64,000 bases of DNA, from assembly GCF_000181795.1 (NCBI RefSeq), contig NW_003526944.1:3370410-3434409 (forward strand), given 5' to 3'. This stretch comes from Trichinella spiralis (Eukaryota). Below are positions 13,776 to 27,600 of this stretch, piece after piece. A program made the translations under genes and the position numbers. Position 1 is the first letter of the stretch, and each line of letters opens with the position of its first letter. Below the pieces are notes generated by a model. It worked only from the letters and a program-made list of their open reading frames with translations. It was not told where the DNA came from and did not search any database.

Positions 13776-14479
13776 AGCTGTTCTTCATGTCTTCAGTCGC
13801 ACAGTTGCTCCAGTTATGAAATCTTTTCCAGTCATTGAATTTGAAAAATTATTTATCACTTTTTGTTCATTCGATGAAAAGGAATAGCTAGATAAAATGA
13901 TTCATGATGACTCGACAAAAGTTACGAATAAATTGATAAAAAATGTATCTCTAGCTTTGTGGACTTTTATTTTTTTTGTTTCTACTTCACTGTTTATCAG
14001 GAAAATTAAATTGTAAACAATAAAGAGCTTTATGATCATTTTGACTGTAAGCAAGTAAGATGAATTTTTATAATGCGTGGCAGTAAGGATTTTTAAAAAG
14101 TAAGAATTGGCACAATTTTTGGTATTACCGCGTTTATTAATACTTGTTTGTCATTTAATACAGTATAATACATTGTATTTATTTTTAGTTTTGAGAAGAT
14201 CAACATTTGCATTTAAAGAAATATAAGTTATTTTTATTAAATGAAAAATTATATAATGATAAGTGCCGTGTTTAACATTTTTCGAAGTCACGGATGGAAA
14301 ATTGTTTACTCTGCACTGCTAAGCATATATTTAATTACGTATGTATTTCATTATTTTTCTGAAAAATATTAAATGCTTTTTTGCTTCATTTTTGAAATTT
14401 TAATTTTTATATTTGATACTTGGCAGTGAATGTAAAATGACTTAAATAATAGATGTCATTCGATTAAATTATTTTTGGT

Positions 14480-16452
14480 AGTGAAAGTATATTCCAAGAT
14501 GTGATAGATTCTGCGACTGATCAAATGAAGCGATCGGAAGAAACTCGTAATAGTAAATGTTTTATTTAGATATTATAAGAGAGAATCGTAACACGTCGCT
14601 GTTTTCCTTTAATAAATCTACTTAATATTACTCGGGATGAGAAAGGAAGGGTTCCAAATTTCGATTAATTGATATGACTGATTAGACAAACAATGATTAT
14701 CTGCTGCATTGCATCAGAACGAAGGGTACAAAGTTTATTAAGCATATTCAATTATTGAATTAATTTACAGTTATATTTTAACTTGGTATTTTTACTTTCC
14801 AAAATTTCGTACAACTAATTTTGTCGACTTCTGTAGCAGTAGTATTTTACAGGTGTACTGTCAAAAAACAACAAAGACAATTTATGATCAACTAGTATTT
14901 ATTGCAAAGATTGTTTCCTTTGATTCATTCAGAATAACAGATTGTTACGAGCGAATTTGATAATTTGCAAGTTCAGTAAATTAACTTGTGGTTTAAACAA
15001 GTATTGTTGAAATGTTTTTAAATGTACCTGAAAATCATTTATTTTCCTGAATGGTGTGTTGTGATGCATCTTTTTTTGCGGGATGCGAAGTTGCCTTTTT
15101 ATTTTCAGTTTAATTTTTTGTCATAAATTTTAATGAACGACAAATTTTGAAATATTTTTGAATACTGTTTTTTAATGCAATTGAATGTTCAATGCAAATA
15201 ATTCAGTAATGAAATGGAATATATGTCTGCAATGTAGATGGCATTTTTTTTATTTTTGAAATATTTTAAACGACTTAGGCTACATTCTGCTTTTTCCACA
15301 AGTATTTTATACGCTATTTTAACGAAGTCCTTTGGGATGTTCAGTAATAGTTCAGTTGTAAGCATAAGTAACATGAAATTAAGCTTTAAGTTCAAAATAG
15401 CACTAATACAAATTTAATTTCGTCTAAGAGTAATGCTTAATAGTTATTCATAAAATATTTTTGTATCATTCTCTTGTTTTTTAGTTCAAAATTGATGAAA
15501 TAATGTGATAGTTAAAATATGCGCGTGCTGCGAGGCACATTGGAAAAGGAGTTTCAAGGAAAATTAATGTCTGCATTTATTGAAAAAGACGTTGATCGCA
15601 TCGTTAACATGTAGGTAAGTTTTTTGGGGAATAAACTCATTTTTTTATAAGTGCGAGAAAAGTCACCTTTGTTTATTTTTCTTTCATTCTGAAATACTTC
15701 AACATTTCACATAATTGCTTTCAGACTGAAATTTACTCGGCGTAACAATATTATAGACTAGCGGTAATCCATTCAACTTTTGCAATATAAATATTTGTGA
15801 TATGTAATTCAAATAGCAGCAGTTAATTATGAACATTATGCATATGAGTATGTAAAGTGTTATTGTTGTTTTCGTTTTATGTCAAATGTCAGCATTTTTC
15901 AAACTAAAATATTTTTGCACGTTTCCCAAATCAAACTTCTATTAGTTTCTGTGAATATTGAAAAATATTGTTAATAAACATTGAAAATTTGTTTAGTTGC
16001 ATTGATCACTTAGAGAAAACAGCAAACTCTTCGACGGTGTGCTTCCTGTGGTCCAATTTTCATTTCTGGTATATATATATATATTCTTCAGTCAGTTGAA
16101 TTTCATGTTAATGATATCGTATTGTTGTTGGCGTGAAAACGATTTTTGTGGTATACAATTGTTGTATACTTATCATGGTTTTCATATACATTGAATTACC
16201 ACAATTCATACTGACAAGTATTTTTTATTCATGTAGTTCAACTTTTTCCCGCTCCAGTAGATTATCTGAGATTTCTCTGCATTTGTTGTTTTGTCTCGAT
16301 TTATGTATTTGAATAAATTTTTCATAAAAAATGCATCTTTTCTTATGTAGCATTGGTTGACCGCGAAAATGGTGGAAGAAATCAACTGAAGAGAATAAGC
16401 TGAGCTGGGCCACAAGGAGTACTGTCAAACAAAATGGGTATAGCCACGGACA
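14480..16452 (+). pseudogene. Decayed exon remnants resembling the central region of GON4L
   Basis: Splice-signal-flanked blocks with stops or frameshifts: ESIFQDVIDSATDQMKRSEET (about 14483), ERIVTRRCFPL (14579), ENSKLFDGVLPVVQF (16015), SVEFHVNDIVLLLA* (16092), HWLTAKMVEEIN*R (16351). Similarity to GON4L motifs is judged from memory. Confidence 0.4.
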
Positions 16453-17534
16453 GGTAGGCAGAAAACCTATTTTATTTGTTCCCGAAGAAGTGGAATCGTA
16501 ATGTGAATATTGCTTCAGAGTAAATTAATAATAAATATTTCCAACACAAAATAATCATTCCAAAAAGAGCATTTTTTATGACATTCTATACGAACCTGCA
16601 CATCTGATATTGTATACTATTGGTTTTTTACTTTTAACTGTTTCATTTGTCATCTTTCTTTCCTAGACGTATTTATCTAACTACGCCTAATAAAAATTGA
16701 TAAAACTGATAACTTTACGCTTCTGAAAAAGAAATATAGTTTAATCTTCGCTGCGATTTTGCTATCCGTATGGTTCAAAGTTAGTTGGCCTTATAACTTT
16801 TTATTTGACGATTGCTTTTATTGTTTTTACTATAATTGCAAAAAATTTGCACTTACAGCTTTTCAATTTTCATTTTCGTTCACAAGACTGTAAGATTTAA
16901 TTTACCAATGCAGTTCTTATTTGCGTTGTTTACTTTCTTTTACTATCTAGAATGAACGTTGAAAAGTGGAAGTTGTTATTAGTATTTTTTCAAAACTTGC
17001 AGTGCTATTTTGGTGGTTTTATTTATTTTGTAGTTTGAATGTAAGCTCTTCTTTGAAAATTTCATTTAATATTGATTCTTTGTTGAATATTGTTTCTTTA
17101 TGCATCATTGTTAAGTTCGAATGATAGTAGCATGCAAAATGGTGATGTGTTAAGATTACGCGTAAAGTGCAAAGCGCAAGTTTTCAGATTGACTATCTTA
17201 TGATCTGCAAAATATAATATTATTTATGATAGAGTTTAAAAAAATTTTTTTCCTTTAGTTGCCAATTTCAGTGCAGGACTGTTGGCTTATTGAACATTCG
17301 AGTAATTTTTGTTTTTGGTCATCGTTTCAAATAATTGTTGTAGAATGTTAAGTTTGCTGTCATTTATGGAACGTTATTGAAATTGTAATATAAATGCATT
17401 AATTGGATGAATTTTTGCTATTGCTTTAATTATTTATTAATCGAAGTTTTTAAATTAAATAAAAAATTACATAACGCGTTTGATTGACTGATGAGCATGA
17501 ACAAATTTGTTCGATTTAGTTAAATGGTAGTTAG

Positions 17535-20500
17535 ATGAGGAAGATGTCTGCTGAGCCTGCAGATGTGATAAAAGGTGATGGAGCTTATTTTAATTTAAAA
17601 AAAAATCAAACATGAATTATTTTATGAATTTTAGCCGGTAACGCGCAGAACGTTAGTGACGAAACTTCGACCAAGTCGACAGTTACGAATGTTGACCAAC
17701 GTTTGTTGAATGATGCGGTCTGCAGTGAAAGGCAAGAAAAAAGCAATATCCTTTTGACTGATTTGCTTTTTTTCAGTGGTACTTAATCACTGCTGACTTT
17801 GTTGCCGAGAAAGTTCACTCGACGCTTTTCATGCACAAAACAAAGCAGCGTTATTTTTATGAAGCTTTGGAAAAGTATGAACGAAATTTGAACTTTGACC
17901 AAGTGAGCAATTATGAAATTTTTGTCGAATTGGATATTGTCGAATTTCTTTCTATTCTTTTAGTTTATTGAGAGGGTTGTTGAAATTTTCAACAGTCCAC
18001 CGGCCCTGAACTCCCCTTTGCCTTTTCTCCTTTTGTTATTCATGAAACCGAAAGATTTGTTTAAGTCGAAATTTCAAAGTCAATACTGGCATGTGAAAAA
18101 AGCTTTGGATGTTTACAAAAGCATGATTGTAAATTTAAGATGAAAAATTGTTTAATTATTATTTTAAAATGGATTTTTATAAATGTAGTTTTCCACGCAA
18201 AACAGAGGTCAGAGGCTGAAGCTGAAGAACTTTTTTCGAAATCGCACCCACAAACCACTGGACGTATATTTTAATGAACTGTTGAAGAATATCGACAGAA
18301 TTGGCTCGTGGCATGAAATTTTGAAAACCCTGTGTCCCGATATGAAATATAAAGCGTAAATACACCAGTAGAACAGCACAACTTGATTGTGTATCTGAAA
18401 TATGGTGTCCAATTTCAGAAAGTCAAAGGATCTGTTCGAGAAAGCAGATTTTGTACAAGATGAATCTGGTGAACCAGTGGTGGATGATTTCGAGACTGTT
18501 TACTTGACTGCAGATCATAAGGGCAGGGCAACTGAAGGGAATCCCAGTTGCAGTTCTTGTTCAAAAGGAGAACCTTGTTTGTGGAGAAAATTTCGGGTAA
18601 TTATGTTGTTTTATATTATGCTTAGATTATTGTTATTATTAAAAAATTAATTTTTATTGAAGAAAGTATGTTTTTTAGCAAGGTGAAAATGGGCAGTTGC
18701 TTTATCGAGTGGATGGAATTGAATTGCCGATGGATGTTGAATATTACGATGAAATTACCGTATCAAAACGTCGTTCTGCAAACTCTCGGAAGAACGTATG
18801 TGCAAACTTTTGTTGATTCTCAGCGTTATTACTTACCCTCCATTGTTTTTTTAAATGGCAATTTGTCCATTTTCTTAAATTACTTTCCTTAAAATGTTTG
18901 TAAAGCTTGTATTACATGTTGTTCAGTTTTTATACAGGAAGTCGGTAAACATGGTGGAATGGAATCGAAGGAATCATCGCAGGATGAGACTGCAGCCAGT
19001 AGCATTCATGAAAATGTGGTATGTATTGTATGTAAATTATCCAAAATTAATTTTTTTTATTTTGTTATCATAATACTGTTTTAATGCGTATGAAATTTGT
19101 GTTAATTGTTATGTTGTTCTAGTAGGCGCAATGCAGTTTTGAAGCATTTAAGAATGCAATGTTGTTGATTTTAGGATATGGCTGCGTTGGAAGCTTGTTT
19201 GCCAGCAGCGTATTTTGAATGGGCTGCTCGTTGTAACCGACAGACAGTTTTAACAAGCAAAAGGTGTCATGATGAGGTGCTGGTTGTTAGAAAATTAAAA
19301 AACGTCATTTTGTTAAAAAAATAATATATCTATGATGAAGCAGTAGCTATTATTTTTGTTTTTTTTTATTTTACCTGGTGTTACTTTGTCATTTTAGAAG
19401 CCCGAACAGGTTCAGAAGAATCCAGATGATATAGCAGATGTAAAAGATCTATATATAGCCATTTTTGTCGTATAATTTTTTTTCGTTTATTTATTTAAGA
19501 ATGAATTTGTGCACAATGAGATGAAGCAGCAGCAAATCTCTGATAGTGTTGACAATGCTGAAGGTTCGTTTTTTGGCAAAACAACCGAGGTAGTAAAATA
19601 TTTTTCATTTGTTTTTTCTGTTTCTGTAAAATTAAATTTTGTTGCATGGGCTTTTGGAGGGGTGGTGTGGAAATTGTTTTTTCTTTTGGATAGAAGGGTG
19701 TTTTGCAACGGAGAAATAAATTATTGAAACAAGCTTATTTTTCACACAGGGTAATATTGCTCAGTACGTGAACATGGACGCTGGCCCGTCAAACTTCGTA
19801 CTATTACAAGGAAACTTTTTTGGAAGTATTTTCAAATGTATGTTATACTGATATCGCTTTTTATTTATCGTTTTTTTAGATGCGAACAATGGTAGTTTAC
19901 TTTACAAGATGGTAAATATTACTTTTGTTCATATTTGTTATTTCATTCTGCATAACAATATTTCAGAATTCCAACAACCGTTATATTGAATCGGTTGATC
20001 ATGTACCCGTTACATCATTTTCGGGTGTAGCTGTTTACAACGAAGATAATATAAATGCTGTCTATTCACAACCTTTTGCTTTTACACATGCCAATGATAT
20101 AATGGACTTTCCTGGACAGTCTGGCGATTCATTGGGGCCGATTGAAGTAACTAATTTGTTAAATTTCCTGATTTTTAATAATCATGTAATTTTTTACTCT
20201 TAGCTTTCCGACATTGAAGTTACTACTGATTTCACATTTGATAATTACATGAATGATCCGAATTTAAATTTGGAATCCGTCGTCGCTCAGACTGGATTTT
20301 TATCTGACAATGATATTCCAACCTGTAGCAGAAATTTATTGGCCCCATCTATTATGGTAATTGATGTTAATTTTTTCTCTCCTTTTTCTTTAAATTTCAC
20401 TTGCCACAGTTCAACGAACCAACAACGACCGAAGAAGCCGATGGATTAGCAGAATCACACTATATGCCGCCTGATTTTACAGAGACTAGTCCAGTTGATA

Positions 20501-21270
20501 TTCCTTTGGGAAATGATGAAGCTTTTTCAGTTGTGCAGTCGAACGTTGTCGAACCACAGGTTTTTAATTTTGAACTTGATTTTTTTTGATGAAACAAGAA
20601 CGTGGAATTCTTTCAGTGCTATGATGAGCCTGTCGATGATAATTTGATATTGCAAGAGTTTATTGTTATACAAGACGATCATCATTCAGATTATGAAATG
20701 GCAGAGCAATTTCCAGCTGAAAATGTGCAGGTTAGATTGCTGAAGAAAGTTTTTTTTTTCAAACATTTATGTCTGAAATGTTCATTTTAAGCAAATGGTA
20801 AATTTGAATTTACCGGATGATCTGCAAACTTTTTCCAACGTGGAATCGGATCCGTTGCCTACTTTGACATGTCCTGATCCTCCTGTTGGTGACGACTTTG
20901 CGTATTCGTTGACGATCGATGATGATTTCCTTGTAAAAAAATGAAGTTTTTTTTATATTGTAATATGAAAAAAATATTTTGAGATTCCTTTTGAAATTCC
21001 TCATGCTTCTTCAAATCCCTCCGATGTTCCGGTTTGTGATCCAACGGCGGATAGCTACTTTGCACTGCCTACCGACCCTTCGGTTTCTCCTGCTTTTCCA
21101 GTAGTTGATGATAACTTTGATCTTTTTATTATGGTAAGATACAATAAACAGCGTCCGGGTTTCTCTTATTGCCGTGTTTTATTTGACGTTATTAGAACGA
21201 TCAAATGGAGCCTGCTCCTGCTGAGTCTGATCTCCCCAATTTACCTACCGATAATTCAGAGAAAAGCTGA
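17535..21270 (+). CDS. GON4L/YARP/Mute-like protein: tandem PAH-like domains, a Cys-containing motif and a long acidic tail, multi-exon
   Basis: Spliced frame: ..WYLITADFVAEKVHSTLFMHKTKQRYFYEALEKYERNLNFDQ|FIERVVEIFNSPP..LLLLFMKPKDLF..HVKKALDVYKSMI|..YFNELLKNID..WHEILKTLCP..|DLFEKADF..DDFETVYL..SCSSCSKGEPCLWRKFR|QGENGQLLYRVDG. This resembles the GON4L PAH pair followed by the DFEEI..DGFEEV.L..C.C.C segment. Many short D/E/P-rich exons follow, to TGA at 21270. Confidence 0.65.
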
Positions 21271-21663
21271 ATCTGCACTGCATTTTTACATTTTGATGAT
21301 AACATGATTGGTACTTTTAGTGTTGTGTTTAAAAAGAAGCATCTAATTTATTTATTTTTGAATTTTTAGTGACAAGATTTGCAGCCCATATTTTATAAGT
21401 TGCACAACATTTTAGGAATTTTTTTTCATTATTATAATTTACTTTAATAATACTCTGTTACATTGTTGCATTAGTCGTGTATTTGAAATTTATTTTATAT
21501 CACATTTTCTTTGTAAACTCACAAATTTTTATTTTTATTATTGCTTTCGAATTCAGTTGAACTGAAGTTGCATTTATTGATGAGAAATGTCGTCCTCAGC
21601 AAGGTCACAGTAAACGGAAAATTTTGAATTGCTAATTTTCATATTTGTTGTCGTACAGAAAAG

Positions 21664-24600
21664 TTATACATTGACAGAGATGAGATTGCTGCTGGGTAGC
21701 GTTCTCATCGTGTGCATCCTGTCCAGTCCTCTGGGGCGATGGGTGATGTAGTCAGCCAACAGCAGGGTGATTTCATAGGCCTGAAATGAAAAAAGGCAAA
21801 GTGGAGGGAAAATTTTGCTATTTTTGATGCGGATAATAATACTTTTGTATTTTCCATGGTGAAAACGATACGTTCGATTGGAGCCTCGTCTTCGGCGAAC
21901 AATGTTCTTTGAACAACGAGTACAAAATCATCATTCATGCCACCGAATTTGGTCACCATATCGTAAGAATATGTATTGATACACTCCTAATTTTTTTTAT
22001 TTTATAGGTAATAATAGATTGATGGAATGATGTGAAATTATTGTGCATACTTTCGTATGGTATTGCATTAATGTGATGCCGTAGCTGTCCACTGCTAGCC
22101 ACAGACTTTCATCAGCTTTGCCTTTAATCTGCAAATTCAGCAACACATGCAAAATCATTATGCTGGCGTAATGTTTGTATTTACCGTTGCTTCGAAGAAG
22201 CTGGCTCCAAAATAGGGCCACAAGCGCAGCGTTTGCACAATCACCGACGCCGCTTCGGTCGTGGTGAACGATTCGAAATTTTTCCACTTGTCTTCAACGC
22301 GTTGTCTTAAAGAAAACAAATGCAGTCGTCGTTAATTTGTTTGCTCTTAATTTGACAAAACGGTTCAATTTTTCTCAAAGCACACAGACTTTAGCGAATT
22401 TCGACAAGCCACCGAAATTAGCTTCTCAGACAGGGTTCGTCTTATTATGTTGTCGGTTCGATTGTCGTTGGTCGACTTGTACGAGCCGTAGTGGAGCTGA
22501 GCCATCAAAGCGCAAAGCTCTACTGCTAGATCAACTGACACAGGTACGTGGTCTTCTCGCAGATCGTCGGCTAACTGATAGGCAAGAAATACTCGCTCTT
22601 GATCAGTTTCGTCGCGTGCGAAATTTGGCCAGTAGAATCTGCAGAAGAAATTTATTTCACTGTTTGAACCTAGTTTTCTTTTTAGTTTACTGTAAGTGCA
22701 AAATTTCCAAATCTTACCGTCTTCGAAAAAGAAGTTGTATGGCACGTCGATTTGGTACTTTTCCAGCTGTATGCTCTTTTAATTGACGTTCCCATCGTGA
22801 AAGCACATCGCACAGCTGGAAAACCAAGAAAAATCACCAGTGTAAAACATATATAATAACGAAAGGTAACAACATTTTGTTTCATTTTGTCATTGTGTTT
22901 GCGTACCTTTTCATTTGGATTCAGATATTGCAACGTATCGGGCATTCTTGGATCATCGGCGAAAATTCCGTAGCCGGATTGAGGAGGCGGACGGATGCCA
23001 ATGATTTGACACAAACGTTGGGAACATTCAATCACTGTACTGGAACCATCGAAACCAATCACCTGTACATGATTCAAAATTGCTGTAGTGCGGATGCAAG
23101 TTTGTTTCTGTTTGCAATTATATTCGTTTAACCTGATAAGATCCGTCGGGCATGTTGACAGGAATGCTGTGTGGAAGACTGTGTTCACATGGATCTCGTG
23201 TGAGAAATGCCATGATTTCCAATTTCGATGGCGCTTCTGTTCTGGCACCATTGGAAACGGTCCTTTCTAAAGCTCGCTGACAAAAGGCAGCCAATCGGTG
23301 TGAAGGTTCACTGAAAATGAAAAGAACGTAGCATGGATCGTCGTTGCAGAAAGAGTAAAATGAAGATAGTCGAATTTTTCCAATTTACCCGTTCAAGCAA
23401 GCATTGCGAAGATATTTTTTCATTAACCACATTATTGGATAGGATGGCAAGAACAATGACAAGCACATGGCAAGTAGACGCCAAGCCTGAATGATGATGA
23501 TAGAAGTTCTCGAATGATAGATTTTTTTTTTTAATATCCAGTTAATCGATCAAAGCCTACCTGATGACTGATCTGTTCGCAGTTGGTCAATTTAATAAGC
23601 AAAGCATAGAACTCATCACGAATCGTTGGATTGGCCAATGCCAGTCGCAAAGCATTCTGAGCTAAATCCAAGTGATACTCTTCGGCTCCACCCCGTGTCT
23701 GCACACTGCTGAATAGGTAAGCTGACTGAAATTTAAATTTTACATAGAAAATTCAAAAATCAGATCCAATGTCAGAAGATACTTTGTATAAATTGAAGGC
23801 TGTCTTTCGATCAGTTTCATCGGTAATTCTAGTCATCGGTGAAGTGGGCCTCTCAACGCAAGTAGATATTAGCGGATCTTTCCACAGTTGACTGTCTAAA
23901 CAAAAACTTTTCAAGTTTCTCAAGTGAATAGCAGTGAAAGTGAAACAGAACTGAATTATATTTTTATACAATTTGTTTTTACCTGCTTGGCCGTCGACTT
24001 TCATAAGTTGATTGATGAGCTGTTCAAATGCTGAACCTGCTTGTTGAGGACCACCGGAGGCAGCGATTGTCAGATGATAGAACCAACGTTCTTTATCTTC
24101 TCCAGATAGGAAAATTAGGTAAATAAGATCGTTGTTTACTGTGCGCACTTCCAGTGAATGCTGTTGCCCTTGTCTGCTGATTTCTTCTCCGTCCGATTCG
24201 TCTGCTGACGAACAGGGTGCTTCGCGAATTGTACACTTTTCAAGGCAAAGGTGACTAAGGGGTACCTGGAAAACAAGCGCACACATGCACATTTCATCTC
24301 AATTTATTAATATAAAGAGTAATAATTTCGAAAATTGAAACAATCCGTTTAAAAGAATTATTTTTCAGCTTTTTTTCACTTTAAAATTTTAGTATGCACT
24401 ATTAGGTACGTCAGTTGTGAGCGAATATTCATTCCATTTGCTTATAGTATGTCTGTAGGTAATTTAAATAAATTTCTGGCGTTTCTGGAAATGAAAAGGA
24501 AAATTAACGTAAAATTAATCGCGAGTCTGACCATTAGTGTTTATGAAGTATGCGATGAAATTTTGTTTATTTGACGTTTACGTCAATTTAATGAAGAGTA

Positions 24601-27600
24601 TTTTGTTATATCTATCTACTCAAGCGTGAACATAAGCGTTGGTTAGCTTTATTTATGGAAAACAGAAGTGTCGAGAAAAGTGGAGAATTGAATTAGATTT
24701 TAAAGCATACTTTAGCAGTGGGTCGCTTGAAGAAAAGTAATGAATCATTGCACAAGGCACACCAGAATCGTTTCGATCGGCCATAGTGAACCTGTGATAA
24801 ATTAGTGGAACTTTGTTTTTCAAATTGTTTTTTAAAGTGACAATGAAAAAGCAAAAACAGACTTTTGTTATCCAACCTCGACACGTTGCATTTTCGTTCG
24901 GCTCCTGGCACTTTCGCATTGTTAATGTCTTCCTGCATTTTTGCAGCGCTGCATGAAAACAAATAAAATGTTAAAGCACCTCTTTGAAAAATGGATCACA
25001 AATAGCAATTGACAAGTGTGAAGAGCCAGTAGAATAAATATATAAATAGAAGAATATAGTAGAGTTTATGGAGAAATTGTTTGTATTGAAAAGTGAAAAG
25101 AGAAGTAGAATCAAGATACTAACTAACCCTTGAACCAATCCAAGCTTGTTTTTCCATCGCTTGCAACCAAGCAAACACGCTTGTCGTGAGTTGCGATCTG
25201 GAAATTTTATTTAAAAAACAACAACAATCCTATATGATGATAAATGTTGTAAAAATTTCACCTCAAAGCCATTTTCTGGCATATAAGCGACTCTTGCGAT
25301 GCTGATTACATTTGCTATTGGAATTTCCCAAAGTTTCTCACGACCATGCTGACAAGACTAGAAAAATGGGACATTAGCGGTGAACTGTTGTTCCAATGGC
25401 AAAGGGGAATTCTTTTCTTACTTCAGAAGAACGATAGCAGTGCAAGATATCATCCCTGAGAACAAACCAACGACGTTTTGAAGGTTTTCCAGGATCGCGT
25501 ACTTTGTGCAAATAGCCTTGCTTTTCTATATTCTGAACAACAACATCGATAATAATTATTATTATGGTGCTCAGCGTGCATGAGAGATGATGCATTGCTT
25601 GCCTGAAATCCATTGATACACATCGGTCTATCTTTGTCCAACATCACACAGCGGAGAGACATGGATTCGGGCAGGCTAGCTGCATCTGGTGGTACAGAGT
25701 AATCATCGTCGGAATCTGCATAGGCTTGGGCTTCTGTAAAGAAAATTCATTGTTTTCGTTTGTTCAGTTCGGCATTTTTACTTTGCATTATTACGTCGTT
25801 GTTGAAAACTCAGTTTGGCACTGCTTCTTGAATGAGATACGGATCCTCGGCAGTCGATTGCTGCCGAATCAGCGAACGTATCACGATTGGACATTTGGCT
25901 ACTGCTTTCAGAAGAGCCCGATGCTCGTCTGCAGTACATGTGCTCTCGATCTGTGCATACCAAATACAACGGTACGTTGATGTAAGGACTGCGACGTTTC
26001 ACCGAACCACGGATTTTAGTTGACGCAGTTTTGTTAGTGTTGGGCATATCTACAATTGTGGACAATGTCTTGACAGATATATCATCCGGCAAAAAGCAAG
26101 ATTTTGCCAATTTGAGAACTTCATTCTCCTAGGATAAAAAAGAGGAGGTTTTAGAAGAACAAGAACTTTTGAAATTCATGCTTCGTCGACATGCTTACGA
26201 TGTGTCGATGATGAGCAGTCGCTAGTTCTTCGTCGTTTTGTTCCTCTTCTGCGGTTAAAGCCATCTCCAAACTGTCACGCATGAATGATACACGATCTAG
26301 AGCTGCCCTTGCTTGTACTGTTGCTCTCGGAAGTGGAACTGGCCGATCGTTTTGCTTTTGCTGTTTCGTTTGGATCACTTGAACTCTTTTGCGGCAACTC
26401 AGCAAAGGCGATGCAGTACCTTTTCCACAATTTGTAGAATCTGAATTTGCAATTTATTCAATTAATTTGCTATCAAATTCATCATCACTGTATACACATA
26501 TGCACATAGAAAGAGATAGAGATAGAGTTGGGAATTTGAAAGAAAAAGTGAAAAATCCCGCCTATATTTTATGCAGAACAATCAATGCAAAGCGAAGCAA
26601 GCTAAGTTGTTTTTAGAAGAATGTCATGAAATCTCTTTAAAGGTAGCCGATTTGAGTCACGGGAAAGCAGCAGCCGCTAGTTAATCAGTTTCGTCATCGT
26701 CGGCGAGCCAGCTGACCGTTGCATGTTTGGTTTTATTGATACTTTTGCATTTAGTCAGCGTGAGGAACGCGCAGCAATGAGGCGAGGTCGAAACAAATCA
26801 TTCATTTTGTCTCTCTTGAGAAGCATCGCTTTGTCTCGATCGAGGACGGGTTGTGAAAAGGCAAAACTGAATTTCTGTTTTTCACATAAACAACATGGTT
26901 GGTGGTCAGCGTTTAATGTTTAATCCGTGCTCATTGATTTCAATTATTATCACCGTTGACTTGACAAACTTTATCAACAACTGTTTGGCGATTTTTGGCA
27001 GTTTCGATTTATATTATTGTACTATTGTACCGCCCAATTTACTTACTGTTGTATATATGTGGACGTTGAATGGTGACATTGAAGCAGAAGTGAAAAGAAA
27101 ATCCTGTTGCATTGAGCAGTTGGACGAGAAGTCAGACTAAGGGCAGGCGTGATAAGCTGTAGGCCAAAATCGAATGATAAAAGTAAAATAGGATAGAAAG
27201 AAAGAATCAAGAGAGAGGTGATCGATCTTATCCCCGGATAAATGGGAAAGGGGAAGGGTTTTGGTCAAACGAGCAGTAGAATCAAATAAGGAGTGAAACA
27301 CCATTTTCAGCAGCATTCGTTACTGACCAGAATCCTCAAATCGCCGAACCAACCAATCGACCGCAATTGATTTAATGTTCTTCTAGCTTGAAAATGCGAT
27401 AAGCCATCATCGTTTTCTTTTCGAACAGCTCATAACGCTTGACTGTTTATCCATGTTTCAATGATATTTATTTGCAGCTCTGTGAATAATAGTTATTCAA
27501 TCGTGTATTTGCTTTTGGCTTGTTTTTTTTTTGTTTTTCGAATGGCAACATCTTCAAAGACACGTTATATGGGAAAATTTGCATTTGTTGCGAACAGATG

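Noticed and set aside
15070..15095. tttgcgggatgc..gttgc resembling the 3' part of U12 snRNA
   Set aside because: The upstream stem, CCTACTTT loop, Sm site and branch-point-pairing region are absent, so it is a chance match.
17746..17797. ATATCCTT (U12-type 5' splice-site consensus) inside the GON4L-like gene
   Set aside because: Splicing to either nearby AC breaks the PAH reading frame. A canonical 59-nt GT-AG intron (17718-17776) keeps it.
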